IMG/VR virus record: IMGVR_UViG_3300022241_000068
Strand: one strand, 5' to 3'
DNA length: 60,489 nucleotides
DNA from: an uncultured virus (IMG/VR IMGVR_UViG_3300022241_000068)
Taxonomy: Duplodnaviria > Heunggongvirae > Uroviricota > Caudoviricetes
Under the pieces are notes generated by a model. It was not told the DNA's origin, did not search any database, and saw only the letters and a list, made by a program, of their open reading frames with translations. Both the position numbers and the translations under genes were made by a program. Position 1 is the first letter of the stretch. Each line of letters begins with the position of its first letter. Of the stretch, positions 1 through 7,990 are shown piece after piece.

Positions 1-2
1 AA

Positions 3-503
3 TATGACACTTTAATTCCATCAATGATGGTAACATACAATAGTATTAAAGAAAATGGTAAAACAGGTAGTGGTTCTAATATTACTAAAACTGTAAGACC
101 AAAAAATACTAATGCTGCATTATTAGAAGCATATTACAATGATCCATTATTCTGGGAGCACGTAGCAACAAAAACATTTACATATTATAGATATATAGAC
201 AGATTGTTAACTCCTTCTTTTATAGGAGGATTATATGCTGTATTATATAAAATAAATAATAAAATGGCAGATGATTTTATGCACCAATTATGTAAAGGAG
301 ATGCTGCAGTTAAACCTATCACTTTAGCAAGACAGATTCTTTATACAGATGGAGTATCAAAAACTTCAAAATTGACGCTAAATACAAAATTAGCATATAT
401 AGTAAAAGCATGGAATCTTTTTGTTAAAGGAAATAATAGCATCAAATCTTTAAGATTTGACCCAGCTAAGGAAGAATTTCCAAAAATATCAAGACCTATT
501 TAA
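3..503 (+). CDS. 5'-truncated hypothetical phage protein (C-terminal part)
   Basis: Frame is open from nt 3 to the TAA at 503, so the true start is outside the window; no diagnostic motif in the visible part. Confidence 0.7.
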   Translation, partial: YDTLIPSMMVTYNSIKENGKTGSGSNITKTVRPKNTNAALLEAYYNDPLFWEHVATKTFTYYRYIDRLLTPSFIGGLYAVLYKINNKMADDFMHQLCKGDAAVKPITLARQILYTDGVSKTSKLTLNTKLAYIVKAWNLFVKGNNSIKSLRFDPAKEEFPKISRPI

Positions 504-523
504 ATAACAATTTGTGGGAGGGA

Positions 524-568
524 GCTACTTGCAGGAAAACTTTAAGTTAGTACTGCAAGTAGTTTTTT
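524..568 (+). terminator. Hairpin plus T-tract (terminator or tRNA-processing structure)
   Basis: GCTACTTGCAG (524-534) pairs with CTGCAAGTAGT (553-563), followed by a T run, immediately upstream of the tRNA. Confidence 0.55.
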
Positions 569-572
569 AAAT

Positions 573-658
573 GCTATAGTGGTGGAATTGGTAGACACGC
601 AGGACTTAAAATCCTGTTGACAGTAATGTCAGTATAGGTTCAAGTCCTATCTATAGTA
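573..658 (+). tRNA. tRNA-Leu (anticodon UAA)
   Basis: Acceptor GCTATAG/CTATAGT; D-arm GGTGGAATTGGTAGACAC; anticodon stem CAGGA/TCCTG with loop CTTAAAA (TAA at 607-609); long variable arm; T-loop GGTTCAAGTCC; discriminator A; CCA not encoded. Confidence 0.96.
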
Positions 659-672
659 CATAATTTAATATA

Positions 673-861
673 ATGAGTAAAGTTAAACTGATTAATACAC
701 GTATATATTCTAAAACTGGAAGATATAATAATTGTAGAATATTAATAGAACTTGAAAACAGATTTTATCCTTTTCCTGGTATAAATAACGCAGAATATGC
801 TGTAGAAAAAGGTTTAGAGTATTTTGAATATTATCGAGTAACAAAGGAAGATTATGAGTAA
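673..861 (+). CDS. Small hypothetical protein, left array
   Basis: MSKVKLINTR... FYPF... INNAEYAV. Confidence 0.75.
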   Translation: MSKVKLINTRIYSKTGRYNNCRILIELENRFYPFPGINNAEYAVEKGLEYFEYYRVTKEDYE

Positions 862-1057
862 ATATTTATTACTAAGAAGACCAACTAATAAAGAAACCTT
901 TCAGCAATTATATTTTATAAAAACTTATGATAATAGATATTTCCCATGTTTTTTTCTTGATGAAAATAAGTTATTAAATTGTTATTACAGAAATTTTCCT
1001 AATTATCCTTTCGATTTATTAGACGAAAAAACTTTTAAAGCTATATATGAAGAATAA
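854..1057 (+). CDS. Small hypothetical protein, left array
   Basis: YFIKTYDNRYFPC aligns with neighbours; overlaps the previous stop. Confidence 0.75.
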   Translation: MSKYLLLRRPTNKETFQQLYFIKTYDNRYFPCFFLDENKLLNCYYRNFPNYPFDLLDEKTFKAIYEE

Positions 1058-1262
1058 AGTTACATTTCTCAATCGTTATAAAAATCATAATCTTTCTCAT
1101 GTACATACTATTGAAATAGATGGAGCATATTTTGCCTTTTCTACAAGTGATATTAGCGATATAGAAAATATATTTATAGCAGCTAATGATTTTGAAATTA
1201 AACAATATTTAAAGGATAATTATATTAAATCTGATGAAGAAAATTTCAAAGCTAGGTATTAA
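1047..1262 (+). CDS. Small hypothetical protein, left array (paralog of 1234)
   Basis: HTIEIDGAYFAF...ISDIENIF...FEIKQYLKDNY. Confidence 0.8.
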   Translation: MKNKVTFLNRYKNHNLSHVHTIEIDGAYFAFSTSDISDIENIFIAANDFEIKQYLKDNYIKSDEENFKARY

Positions 1263-1485
1263 AAAGAAAATTAAACTTATTAATTATTTTAAAGGTCGTA
1301 AATTATCTGAAATATATACTATTAAAATGGATGAATTATATTTTCCATTTGAATTTGAAGGAATTGAAATTCAAGATGTAGAAAACATTTTTACATACGC
1401 TAGTGCTACTACTCTTGAATTTAAAGAATACTTAAAAAGAAATTTTACTGACATTAGTGAAGAATATTACAGTATAAACATATAG
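1234..1485 (+). CDS. Small hypothetical protein, left array (paralog of 1047)
   Basis: YTIKMDELYFPF...IQDVENIF...LEFKEYLKRNF. Confidence 0.8.
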   Translation: MKKISKLGIKKKIKLINYFKGRKLSEIYTIKMDELYFPFEFEGIEIQDVENIFTYASATTLEFKEYLKRNFTDISEEYYSINI

Positions 1486-1508
1486 ATTTTTATTTTTCAT
1501 AATTTGGG

Positions 1509-1550
1509 CTAAACAGGAGAAGGAGAAATCTTTCTCCTAGTTTAGTTTTA
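1509..1550 (+). terminator. Rho-independent terminator
   Basis: AGGAGAAGGA-GAAA-TCTTTCTCCT hairpin (GNRA loop) with T-rich tail, intergenic. Confidence 0.65.
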
Positions 1551-1560
1551 AAACTAATAA

Positions 1561-1734
1561 ATGGAAAAACATAAATTCATTAGAATAGCAAAAGCAGGTA
1601 TATTAAACTGTAAATATAAGTATAATAATTCAGAGCATACTCATTACTTTTTTACTTTAAAAAGTCTTGAAAAATTCTTAATAAGTAAAGTTACGGCGGA
1701 ATTCCTAATAATTGATCATGGCAAAGATAACTAA
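1561..1734 (+). CDS. 57-aa hypothetical protein, left array (not in ORF track)
   Basis: Hand translation MEKHKFIRIAKAG...HYFFTLKSLEKFL...GKDN. Confidence 0.65.
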   Translation: MEKHKFIRIAKAGILNCKYKYNNSEHTHYFFTLKSLEKFLISKVTAEFLIIDHGKDN

Positions 1735-1786
1735 TTCAAAAATAGAAACCAACTCTTTTGTAAGTAAAAAATTGAAATTTTAATTC

Positions 1787-1960
1787 ATGAAAAAATATGT
1801 AATAGCTAAGAAAATAATAGAAGAGGGAATGGTAATATATGCAATAAAAAGAGATGAAGGATATGTTCCTATTTCTGTCTTAGATGAAAAAAAATTTATA
1901 GAAATTTATCATAGTAAAAAGAATTGGCATATAGTAGAAGAGCATGAGTGGAAAAATTAA
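1787..1960 (+). CDS. 57-aa hypothetical protein, paralog of 1944 (not in ORF track)
   Basis: MKKYVIAKKIIEEGMVIYAIKRDEGYVP... versus KIKIIKRKVKNGVIYAVVDKNGLYVV in 1944. Confidence 0.7.
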   Translation: MKKYVIAKKIIEEGMVIYAIKRDEGYVPISVLDEKKFIEIYHSKKNWHIVEEHEWKN

Positions 1961-2159
1961 AATAATTAAAAGAAAAGTAAAAAATGGTGTTATATATGCA
2001 GTTGTAGACAAAAATGGTTTATACGTAGTTTTTCAAAATTTTTTTTGGGACCTCATTGAGAGAATATATAATTGTGAAATAGGATATTATTATAAAATAA
2101 CTAAAAAAAAGTTTTACGAAAATTACGAAATTGATTATGAAAATAATAAAATTGAATAA
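1944..2159 (+). CDS. Small hypothetical protein, left array
   Basis: WDLIERIY motif; overlaps both neighbours. Confidence 0.75.
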   Translation: MSGKIKIIKRKVKNGVIYAVVDKNGLYVVFQNFFWDLIERIYNCEIGYYYKITKKKFYENYEIDYENNKIE

Positions 2160-2364
2160 TGATTTAGAAAAAATATTAGGAATTCCTTGTAGATACGTTC
2201 TTATAAGAAAAGATTATGTAATCTATTATAAATATAGCGGATCTTTTTATCTAGATCTTATAGAGAAGGTAATTAATGGAAATATACCTGAGTATCATTT
2301 ATTATATATATCTTCAGATGATATTGATAAGATTATTAAATATGAAAATAATAAAACTAAATAA
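2137..2364 (+). CDS. Small hypothetical protein (paralog of 2342)
   Basis: ATG at 2137: MKIIKLNNDLEKIL...RYVL...LDLIEKVI. Confidence 0.75.
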   Translation: MKIIKLNNDLEKILGIPCRYVLIRKDYVIYYKYSGSFYLDLIEKVINGNIPEYHLLYISSDDIDKIIKYENNKTK

Positions 2365-2539
2365 AAAGATGCGTGATCTGTTATATAACAGAAATTCTAA
2401 TTATGTATTAAAAAAAAATTATAAATATTACTTGTTTATACATTTAAGAAATTTAGAAAATATGATACATGATAAAAATAATGTCCCATTAGATGCTAAT
2501 CATACACTTGTTATGAAATTTAAAAAATTAAATATATGA
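2342..2539 (+). CDS. Small hypothetical protein (paralog of 2137)
   Basis: ATG at 2342: MKIIKLNKKMRDLL...NYVL...LRNLENMI; start chosen by similarity to 2137. Confidence 0.75.
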   Translation: MKIIKLNKKMRDLLYNRNSNYVLKKNYKYYLFIHLRNLENMIHDKNNVPLDANHTLVMKFKKLNI

Positions 2540-2805
2540 AAATTTTAATTATCTTACTAATAGGGTTACCAGACTGGATAAACCCTTTTAATGTAAAATT
2601 AGACATTCAATATGTAAAAGATATTGATTGTTATATTGTAGCACCATATGCCAATACCAATGAAGCAGATTGTGTTTTATTTGAAAAAGGTTTATCATTA
2701 AATTGTGAAAAAATTAATGATAGATTGTGGTGTAATAAAGAATTAGTTGTTACCAAGACAACTAATATTTTAGGTTCATATTACATAATTTGCAAAAAAG
2801 AATAA
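2536..2805 (+). CDS. Hypothetical protein, hydrophobic N-terminus, five Cys
   Basis: ORF track; ATG overlaps the previous stop. Confidence 0.7.
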   Translation: MKILIILLIGLPDWINPFNVKLDIQYVKDIDCYIVAPYANTNEADCVLFEKGLSLNCEKINDRLWCNKELVVTKTTNILGSYYIICKKE

Positions 2806-2893
2806 TAAAAAATTTGATTAATCAATAAATAGGAAGAAAAGTCTTTAGTGTATAGCCTTAACTGTCGCACGCCTATTATTTAAAACAAGCTAA

Positions 2894-3406
2894 ATGAAAG
2901 TGACAATTGACAAATTAAATACATTATCTATAGATCAACTATTAGATCTAAAAGTAAAAAATGAAAAATTAGAAATTGATAACCCTTCTAATTTAGAACT
3001 AACATTTAAAGATTCTAATAATATAGCAGAATCTTTTGGGGTATCAGACAATTTTACAAAGCAAATAGTAAGAGCATTAGAAGACTTAAAAGAGATAGAA
3101 AAGAAAGCAATTAAAAAAGTTTCAAGATATATGGAAGATAATAACATAGATGTCTATAAGAAACTTGAACATGCAGAAGATGATATTGCAGCTTTGTTAA
3201 GCTCTATATTAAATAATAAAAAAGAGATAGATGAAGAACTGTTCAGAGATACAGCTAAAAAAATACTAGATAAAGAGACATATAAAATTGCTTTAACGGG
3301 TGCTGGGCAATTAGAGTATATGTATAAAACATTAGCACCACAAACATTAAACGAATTATCATATTTAATGTTTACATTAGGTAGTAAATCATCAAAAAAT
3401 GGATAA
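2894..3406 (+). CDS. Hypothetical helical protein
   Basis: 170-aa ORF in the co-oriented run. Confidence 0.8.
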   Translation: MKVTIDKLNTLSIDQLLDLKVKNEKLEIDNPSNLELTFKDSNNIAESFGVSDNFTKQIVRALEDLKEIEKKAIKKVSRYMEDNNIDVYKKLEHAEDDIAALLSSILNNKKEIDEELFRDTAKKILDKETYKIALTGAGQLEYMYKTLAPQTLNELSYLMFTLGSKSSKNG

Positions 3407-3779
3407 TAGTAAAGTAAGAAAAGTAAGAATCGTAAAGAAACTAATTACTGCACCAGATTTTATCTGGATACAGAATTTAATCCCATTTCTTAGACACCTG
3501 GGAGTGGAAGTACCTAAGGAAAATTTCTCAACGAGGTTTTTCATTGAAAAAGTGATAAATTTTGACGCAATGATCAAAATTTTTTCAGTTAGACAAAGAG
3601 CTTTTTTAACTAAAAAACTTTTAGAGAGTTTTGGCATTACAGCAAAGGAGAATGATAAAGAAATATCATTCTCATATAATGAAGATTCCTCTAAAGAGGA
3701 AGCAGCAGTATTATTTGAAGTATTAACTGAAATAACTTCAAAACCAGTAGAAGCAGTAGTTTCTAATTTAAACCAGTAA
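3399..3779 (+). CDS. Hypothetical protein
   Basis: 126-aa ORF overlapping the upstream stop. Confidence 0.8.
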   Translation: MDNSKVRKVRIVKKLITAPDFIWIQNLIPFLRHLGVEVPKENFSTRFFIEKVINFDAMIKIFSVRQRAFLTKKLLESFGITAKENDKEISFSYNEDSSKEEAAVLFEVLTEITSKPVEAVVSNLNQ

Positions 3780-3822
3780 ACAATTTTTTTAAACATTTTT
3801 TAAACATTTAAACATTTTTATT

Positions 3823-4269
3823 ATGTCAAAATTAACAGAAGTAAGGTTGTCTAACAACCCAAATGCAACTGTAGTTCCATCTAAGGATGGGATTAATGGA
3901 AAGATCAATGAAAGCTCTGATGGTGCGCAATATTGCACACTAGTGATCACTGATGATTCTAACCCTTTCAAAAAATCCACTTGTGTAAGAAACTACAGAC
4001 AGCAAATGTCTGGAGGTAAGTGGAAATGGCCAGGTCTTACTCCAAAAGAGTTTTCTGCTTTGCAGGGAAAAGAAATTGGAGGAAGATTCTACACTGCAAT
4101 TGTAGAACCTTACCAAATTGATGGCAGAATTGTGCATCAGTATACTACTTTTGTAGCAGAGAATGAGTCTGTAGCAACAGTTTTCAGAAATGCAGGCCAC
4201 CCATTGGTGGTCAATACGGAAACTGGTGAAGTAGCTATGGAAAGCGCTACTAAACAAGTAGAAGCATAA
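3823..4269 (+). CDS. Hypothetical beta-rich protein, possibly highly expressed
   Basis: 148-aa ORF, less AT-biased than neighbours, followed by its own terminator. Confidence 0.85.
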   Translation: MSKLTEVRLSNNPNATVVPSKDGINGKINESSDGAQYCTLVITDDSNPFKKSTCVRNYRQQMSGGKWKWPGLTPKEFSALQGKEIGGRFYTAIVEPYQIDGRIVHQYTTFVAENESVATVFRNAGHPLVVNTETGEVAMESATKQVEA

Positions 4270-4290
4270 ACATCAGTAAGTGAAGAATTA

Positions 4291-4323
4291 GGGGGAATAG
4301 AAATATTCTCCCTTTTTCTTTTT
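4291..4323 (+). terminator. Rho-independent terminator
   Basis: GGGGGAATA-GAAA-TATTCTCCC followed by TTTTTCTTTTT. Confidence 0.85.
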
Positions 4324-4336
4324 AAAAACAACTACA

Positions 4337-4690
4337 ATGAAAAAAATACTGTTTCTATTATTAATGAGTAGCACATTAAGTGCACAAATATTTATATCAG
4401 ATGAATATTCTACAAGACTAATGTCTGAAAGAGAATATAGTGATCCTGAAATCTCTACCACAATCATTACTGTAACTGAAAAAGTTATTATGATATCTGA
4501 TTCTGGCGGATATAAAGTGTATGCTATATCTGATGTAGAACATAAAAAGTATGAATATACAGAATATCATGCTACACTTATTGCTAAACAAAATTTTTAT
4601 AATATAGCTTTAAGAATTACTTCAGATAAAATGTTTTTAACTATTCCTGGTAAATTTTACGTTTTAAAACTTAATAAAGTATGGCCTTAA
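4337..4690 (+). CDS. Secreted hypothetical protein
   Basis: Sec signal peptide MKKILFLLLMSSTLSA/Q, of the Gln-ending type common in Bacteroidota. Confidence 0.75.
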   Translation: MKKILFLLLMSSTLSAQIFISDEYSTRLMSEREYSDPEISTTIITVTEKVIMISDSGGYKVYAISDVEHKKYEYTEYHATLIAKQNFYNIALRITSDKMFLTIPGKFYVLKLNKVWP

Positions 4691-5067
4691 TAATATTATT
4701 ACTTCAAATCACAGAAATATACCATAATCAAGTATATGATTTAGCTAAAATCATACACGCAGAATGTGGAAAATGTAATTATGAAGAAAAACTTCTAGTA
4801 GGATCCGTGGTACTAAATAGAGTAGGCCATCCCAAATTTTCTAAAACCTTAATAGGAGTTATTAATCAAGATTCACAATTTCACGGTATATGTAATACTC
4901 AGTTTATATTAAATTCTGAAAGCTTAAAAGCTGCAGCAGATTTATTAATGAACGGTAGTTATAATAAGAAGATACTATATTTCTATTTAAGAGATTCTCC
5001 TAATAAAAAATGGAGAAAAAATCTAACTATTATCAAAAAATCTAAATTCCATAACTTTTGTAAATAA
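4681..5067 (+). CDS. SleB/CwlJ-like cell wall hydrolase (Hydrolase_2)
   Basis: LAKIIHAECG (catalytic E), VGSVVLNRV, VINQDSQF, C-terminal HNF. Confidence 0.9.
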   Translation: MALIILLLQITEIYHNQVYDLAKIIHAECGKCNYEEKLLVGSVVLNRVGHPKFSKTLIGVINQDSQFHGICNTQFILNSESLKAAADLLMNGSYNKKILYFYLRDSPNKKWRKNLTIIKKSKFHNFCK

Positions 5068-5073
5068 TTTAAA

Positions 5074-5220
5074 ATGATTTTGTACATAATAAATTTAATT
5101 ATATCTTTAGCATGTGCTTTAAGACTAGCTTATTATCAAGATATACCAGCAGCAGCAGGATGGGTTTGTGCAGCTTTGTGGCTAATATTATTAATAATAA
5201 AAGAAAAAAGGAAAGAATGA
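5074..5220 (+). CDS. 48-aa two-helix membrane protein (not in ORF track)
   Basis: MILYIINLIISLACALRLAYYQDIPAAAGWVCAALWLILLIIKEKRKE; ATGA-coupled to the next gene. Confidence 0.65.
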   Translation: MILYIINLIISLACALRLAYYQDIPAAAGWVCAALWLILLIIKEKRKE

Positions 5221-5537
5221 AAATTATACTAATACTACTACTTCTTTTAATAATATCATATATAATCCATATTATAACATATAAAAAGATTCATAAATTT
5301 AGGATACTAGAAGATGATGGAAAATTTACATTAGAAGGAAAAAATAATTATGTCTTTTTCTGGACAGACGATCTTAAAATAACATTTAATGATATTATTG
5401 TTAGAAATAAGGATAGTGATGAATTATCTGTAATATATAGAAAAAATATTAAAGGAGCTATGGAAATTGTAGACAAACATTTTGAAACTATAAAAAAACG
5501 AAGACTAAAAAAATATCATTACATAAATAAAAACTGA
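5217..5537 (+). CDS. Membrane-anchored hypothetical protein
   Basis: Likely start ATG 5217 (MKIILILLLLLIISYII) rather than 5112. Confidence 0.7.
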   Translation: MKIILILLLLLIISYIIHIITYKKIHKFRILEDDGKFTLEGKNNYVFFWTDDLKITFNDIIVRNKDSDELSVIYRKNIKGAMEIVDKHFETIKKRRLKKYHYINKN

Positions 5538-5539
5538 TT

Positions 5540-5716
5540 ATGTTACTCTGTGATATAGAGAATTTTCCATGTATAATTAAATCTTGTACTTGTGAACAAT
5601 GTAAAGCTGTCAAAAACGCACGTAAAAACAGAAAAAATAAAAAAATTATGAAACGTTATTTAAATAAAAAACGCAGAAAAACTTATTCCAAATATGTAAA
5701 TCATTATTGGGCATGA
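5540..5716 (+). CDS. 58-aa Cys-rich, very basic protein (not in ORF track)
   Basis: MLLCDIENFPCIIKSCTCEQCKAVKNARKNRKNKKIMKRYLNKKRRKTYSKYVNHYWA. Confidence 0.65.
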   Translation: MLLCDIENFPCIIKSCTCEQCKAVKNARKNRKNKKIMKRYLNKKRRKTYSKYVNHYWA

Positions 5717-5749
5717 CAAAGAAATTATTTAAATTTTTAAATCGTAGAA

Positions 5750-6037
5750 ATGAAAACACTTAAATTAATCAAAAGAAGCTGGTTATTAGTATTCATTTAT
5801 TTGTTTCTCAGATTTATTCAATGGTGCTATCAAAACTATGCAACCAATGAATTTTTAAGAGATTGTATAGTAGTAACTCTTTTTACTGTTGCTATAGTTA
5901 TTTTTGGTTTTTTACTGAGATATGTTACAATTTTTATTATTGATTATGGAGATTATAATGATTTTTTCTCAAAACATACGGATCCAGTAATAGAAAAGAT
6001 AGAAAGATTTTTTAACAGAAGAAATATTGAAAAATGA
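5750..6037 (+). CDS. Two-TM membrane protein (family with 6034 and 7381)
   Basis: Two hydrophobic segments, then GDYNDFF...IEKIERFFNRRN. Confidence 0.75.
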   Translation: MKTLKLIKRSWLLVFIYLFLRFIQWCYQNYATNEFLRDCIVVTLFTVAIVIFGFLLRYVTIFIIDYGDYNDFFSKHTDPVIEKIERFFNRRNIEK

Positions 6038-6483
6038 TAAAAAAAATAGTAAACAGCATCCTGATTTTTGTAGCAGTATCACTATATACGTTAATATTAG
6101 GAGCTGCATATTGTTCTGGTAAAGAGATAAATGATTATACAGTTTTTACTCTCATATTAATTACACCAATATTATATTTAATAATGTTATATACTAGTGG
6201 TAAATTTGATAATTATATTAATAATACATTGGAACCTTTACTCCAAAAATTATTAAAATGGTTTAATAGAAGAAATCTAATGTTGTTAATTGTTCTTATT
6301 TCATTTACTGGATGTAGGACGTACATAGATAAAGATGAGGCTATTATAGTCTCTGCTCATAAAACAACACATTCTAAAACATACCGATATTATTATCAGC
6401 TTAATAGTGCTAATGGTAAATATATTTTTTATTCCAACCAAGAATTTCAAGTTGGTACACCAATTAAACTTTGTCCAAGATGA
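6034..6483 (+). CDS. Two-TM membrane protein fused to a lipoprotein-like segment
   Basis: GKFDNYI...LQKLLKWFNRRN, then LMLLIVLISFTGC (lipobox-like) and a soluble domain. Confidence 0.7.
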   Translation: MIKKIVNSILIFVAVSLYTLILGAAYCSGKEINDYTVFTLILITPILYLIMLYTSGKFDNYINNTLEPLLQKLLKWFNRRNLMLLIVLISFTGCRTYIDKDEAIIVSAHKTTHSKTYRYYYQLNSANGKYIFYSNQEFQVGTPIKLCPR

Positions 6484-6866
6484 GTAACTTAGATAAAGAA
6501 TTTGTACCTTATGGACAAGCATTAGAACTTAAGGAATTAGGTTTTGATGAAGTATGTATTGCTTTTTATCATGATTTTGGTAGAAAATTAAAAAGAACTA
6601 TCAAAATTAAAAACTCCATGTCATGTGCAAGATTATCTGAAACAACTTTTACAGTATTTGAAGCAGCACCATTGTATCAGCAAGCTTTCAGATGGTTTAG
6701 AGAGCGTGGATATGATATTAAAGTTCAAAAAGAATCCAATGGCATATACTTTGGATTTTATTGGACAGGAGCAGCATGGATTAGTGTTGGTAGTGGAACC
6801 TATGAAGAAGCAGAACTTGAATGTCTCAAAAAATTAATTGAAATTGAAAAAAAAAAAGAAGAATAA
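6480..6866 (+). CDS. Phage hypothetical protein (ALELKELGFDExC type)
   Basis: EFVPYGQALELKELGFDEVC, APLYQQAFRWFRE, TYEEAELECLKKLIEI, a pattern I recognise from Bacteroidota phages; function unknown. Confidence 0.8.
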   Translation: MSNLDKEFVPYGQALELKELGFDEVCIAFYHDFGRKLKRTIKIKNSMSCARLSETTFTVFEAAPLYQQAFRWFRERGYDIKVQKESNGIYFGFYWTGAAWISVGSGTYEEAELECLKKLIEIEKKKEE

Positions 6867-6882
6867 AAAAAAACAAATTAAT

Positions 6883-7370
6883 ATGAAAGTAAAAGATTTT
6901 CCACTATCAATTAGAAGGTTAATTAAAAAAAGATGTGAAGAACAAGGTTCTATTTATGATGAAAATAAGCATCTAGGTAATAGTTTTTCCTTTCCAGCAT
7001 CACCAGAAAATAGTGACTTTTGGTTTGACATTAACTCTGGAGATTTTTCAAAATTTTACGAACTTTATCCAATACCTCATAGATATGCTATTAAAGCTGT
7101 ATATCTTAATACAAAGTATCGTTCAAAATTTGATTTGAAGATTATTATAGATCTATTACACATCGTACACTAACATGGTACAAAAGTACAAGTAATTTCT
7201 ATATACATAACAATGGTGTTCAATCACCCTCTCTGGGTACTACCTTTGAAGAAATAGATATAGTTGATTGGATTTATTGGATGAAATTAGAAAAATCAAA
7301 AAGTCAGAATGAAAATTCTAAAGCAAAATGTTTTTCTATAGATTCTTATGATATATTAGATAACTATTAA
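6883..7370 (+). pseudogene. Hypothetical gene, probably split by a 1-nt frameshift near 7131-7137
   Basis: ORF from ATG 6883 stops at 7173; an overlapping frame with no upstream ATG is open from 7134 to 7370 (FEDYYRSITHRTLTWY...). Confidence 0.5.
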
Positions 7371-7380
7371 AAAAATACAA

Positions 7381-7656
7381 ATGAAATCTAAACACATAAT
7401 TACGTTTTTTATAAGAATTTTATACACTTATTTAGGTATAATATTCTATGAGTCTATTACTATTAATAAATTTACTATATCATCTTATGGTATGGGTATT
7501 ATTTATTCTGCAGGGGTAATCATATACATAATACTCCCTATATTATATATAGTATATATAATCAGTGAATTTTTTAATGGTAAATATGATGAATGGCTTA
7601 ATAATAATATAGATGAAAAAATAAATAAATTTTTAAAATGTTTTAAACAGAACTGA
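7381..7656 (+). CDS. Two-TM membrane protein (family with 5750 and 6034)
   Basis: Two TM segments, then GKYDEWL...INKFLKCF. Confidence 0.75.
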   Translation: MKSKHIITFFIRILYTYLGIIFYESITINKFTISSYGMGIIYSAGVIIYIILPILYIVYIISEFFNGKYDEWLNNNIDEKINKFLKCFKQN

Positions 7657-7657
7657 A

Positions 7658-7987
7658 ATGCAAACGTATAAGTTTTATACTAAAAAAAACGAAAGACTGG
7701 CTATTTTCCTAAATAAAAAGGAGCTTGTAGTATTCAAATGTTCTTTACAAGACAACTTTAGTAAGAAAGTTGCAAGAGAAGCTTTTGCAGAATATTTAAG
7801 AAATAAAATTGAAGGAACAGGATGCAAATATAATCCAAAAGTTATACCATTAGAAAAAGAACTTACTGGTAAAGAATTCTATATTCACTGTAAAGAGAAT
7901 TTTAGACAAATCAAGACTTCTCCATTGCCTGGAAAAGGTAAATTCTTTATTAGAAATGGATTATTAAATCAACTAGTAAATAGATAA
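7658..7987 (+). CDS. Hypothetical protein
   Basis: 109-aa ORF containing CSLQDNFSKKVARE. Confidence 0.8.
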   Translation: MQTYKFYTKKNERLAIFLNKKELVVFKCSLQDNFSKKVAREAFAEYLRNKIEGTGCKYNPKVIPLEKELTGKEFYIHCKENFRQIKTSPLPGKGKFFIRNGLLNQLVNR

Positions 7988-7990
7988 ATT

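Larger units (their letters stand above)
673..2539 (+). repeat. Left tandem array of nine small related ORFs (57-83 aa)
   Basis: ORFs at 673, 854, 1047, 1234, 1561, 1787, 1944, 2137, 2342; mostly overlapping start/stop codons; basic-aliphatic N-terminus, aromatic strand (FYPF, YFPC, YFAF, YFPF) and hxxhExxh motif in 7 of 9. Confidence 0.75.

Noticed and set aside
2824..2881. Possible structured ncRNA or riboswitch in a relatively GC-rich spacer (AATAGG...CCTATT)
   Set aside because: Only a short closing stem and no motif I can match; needs an Infernal/Rfam search.
5079..5109. Bacteroidota-like promoter TTTG-N19-TATCTTTA
   Set aside because: It lies inside the 5074-5220 membrane ORF and deviates at the final G; likely chance in AT-rich DNA.
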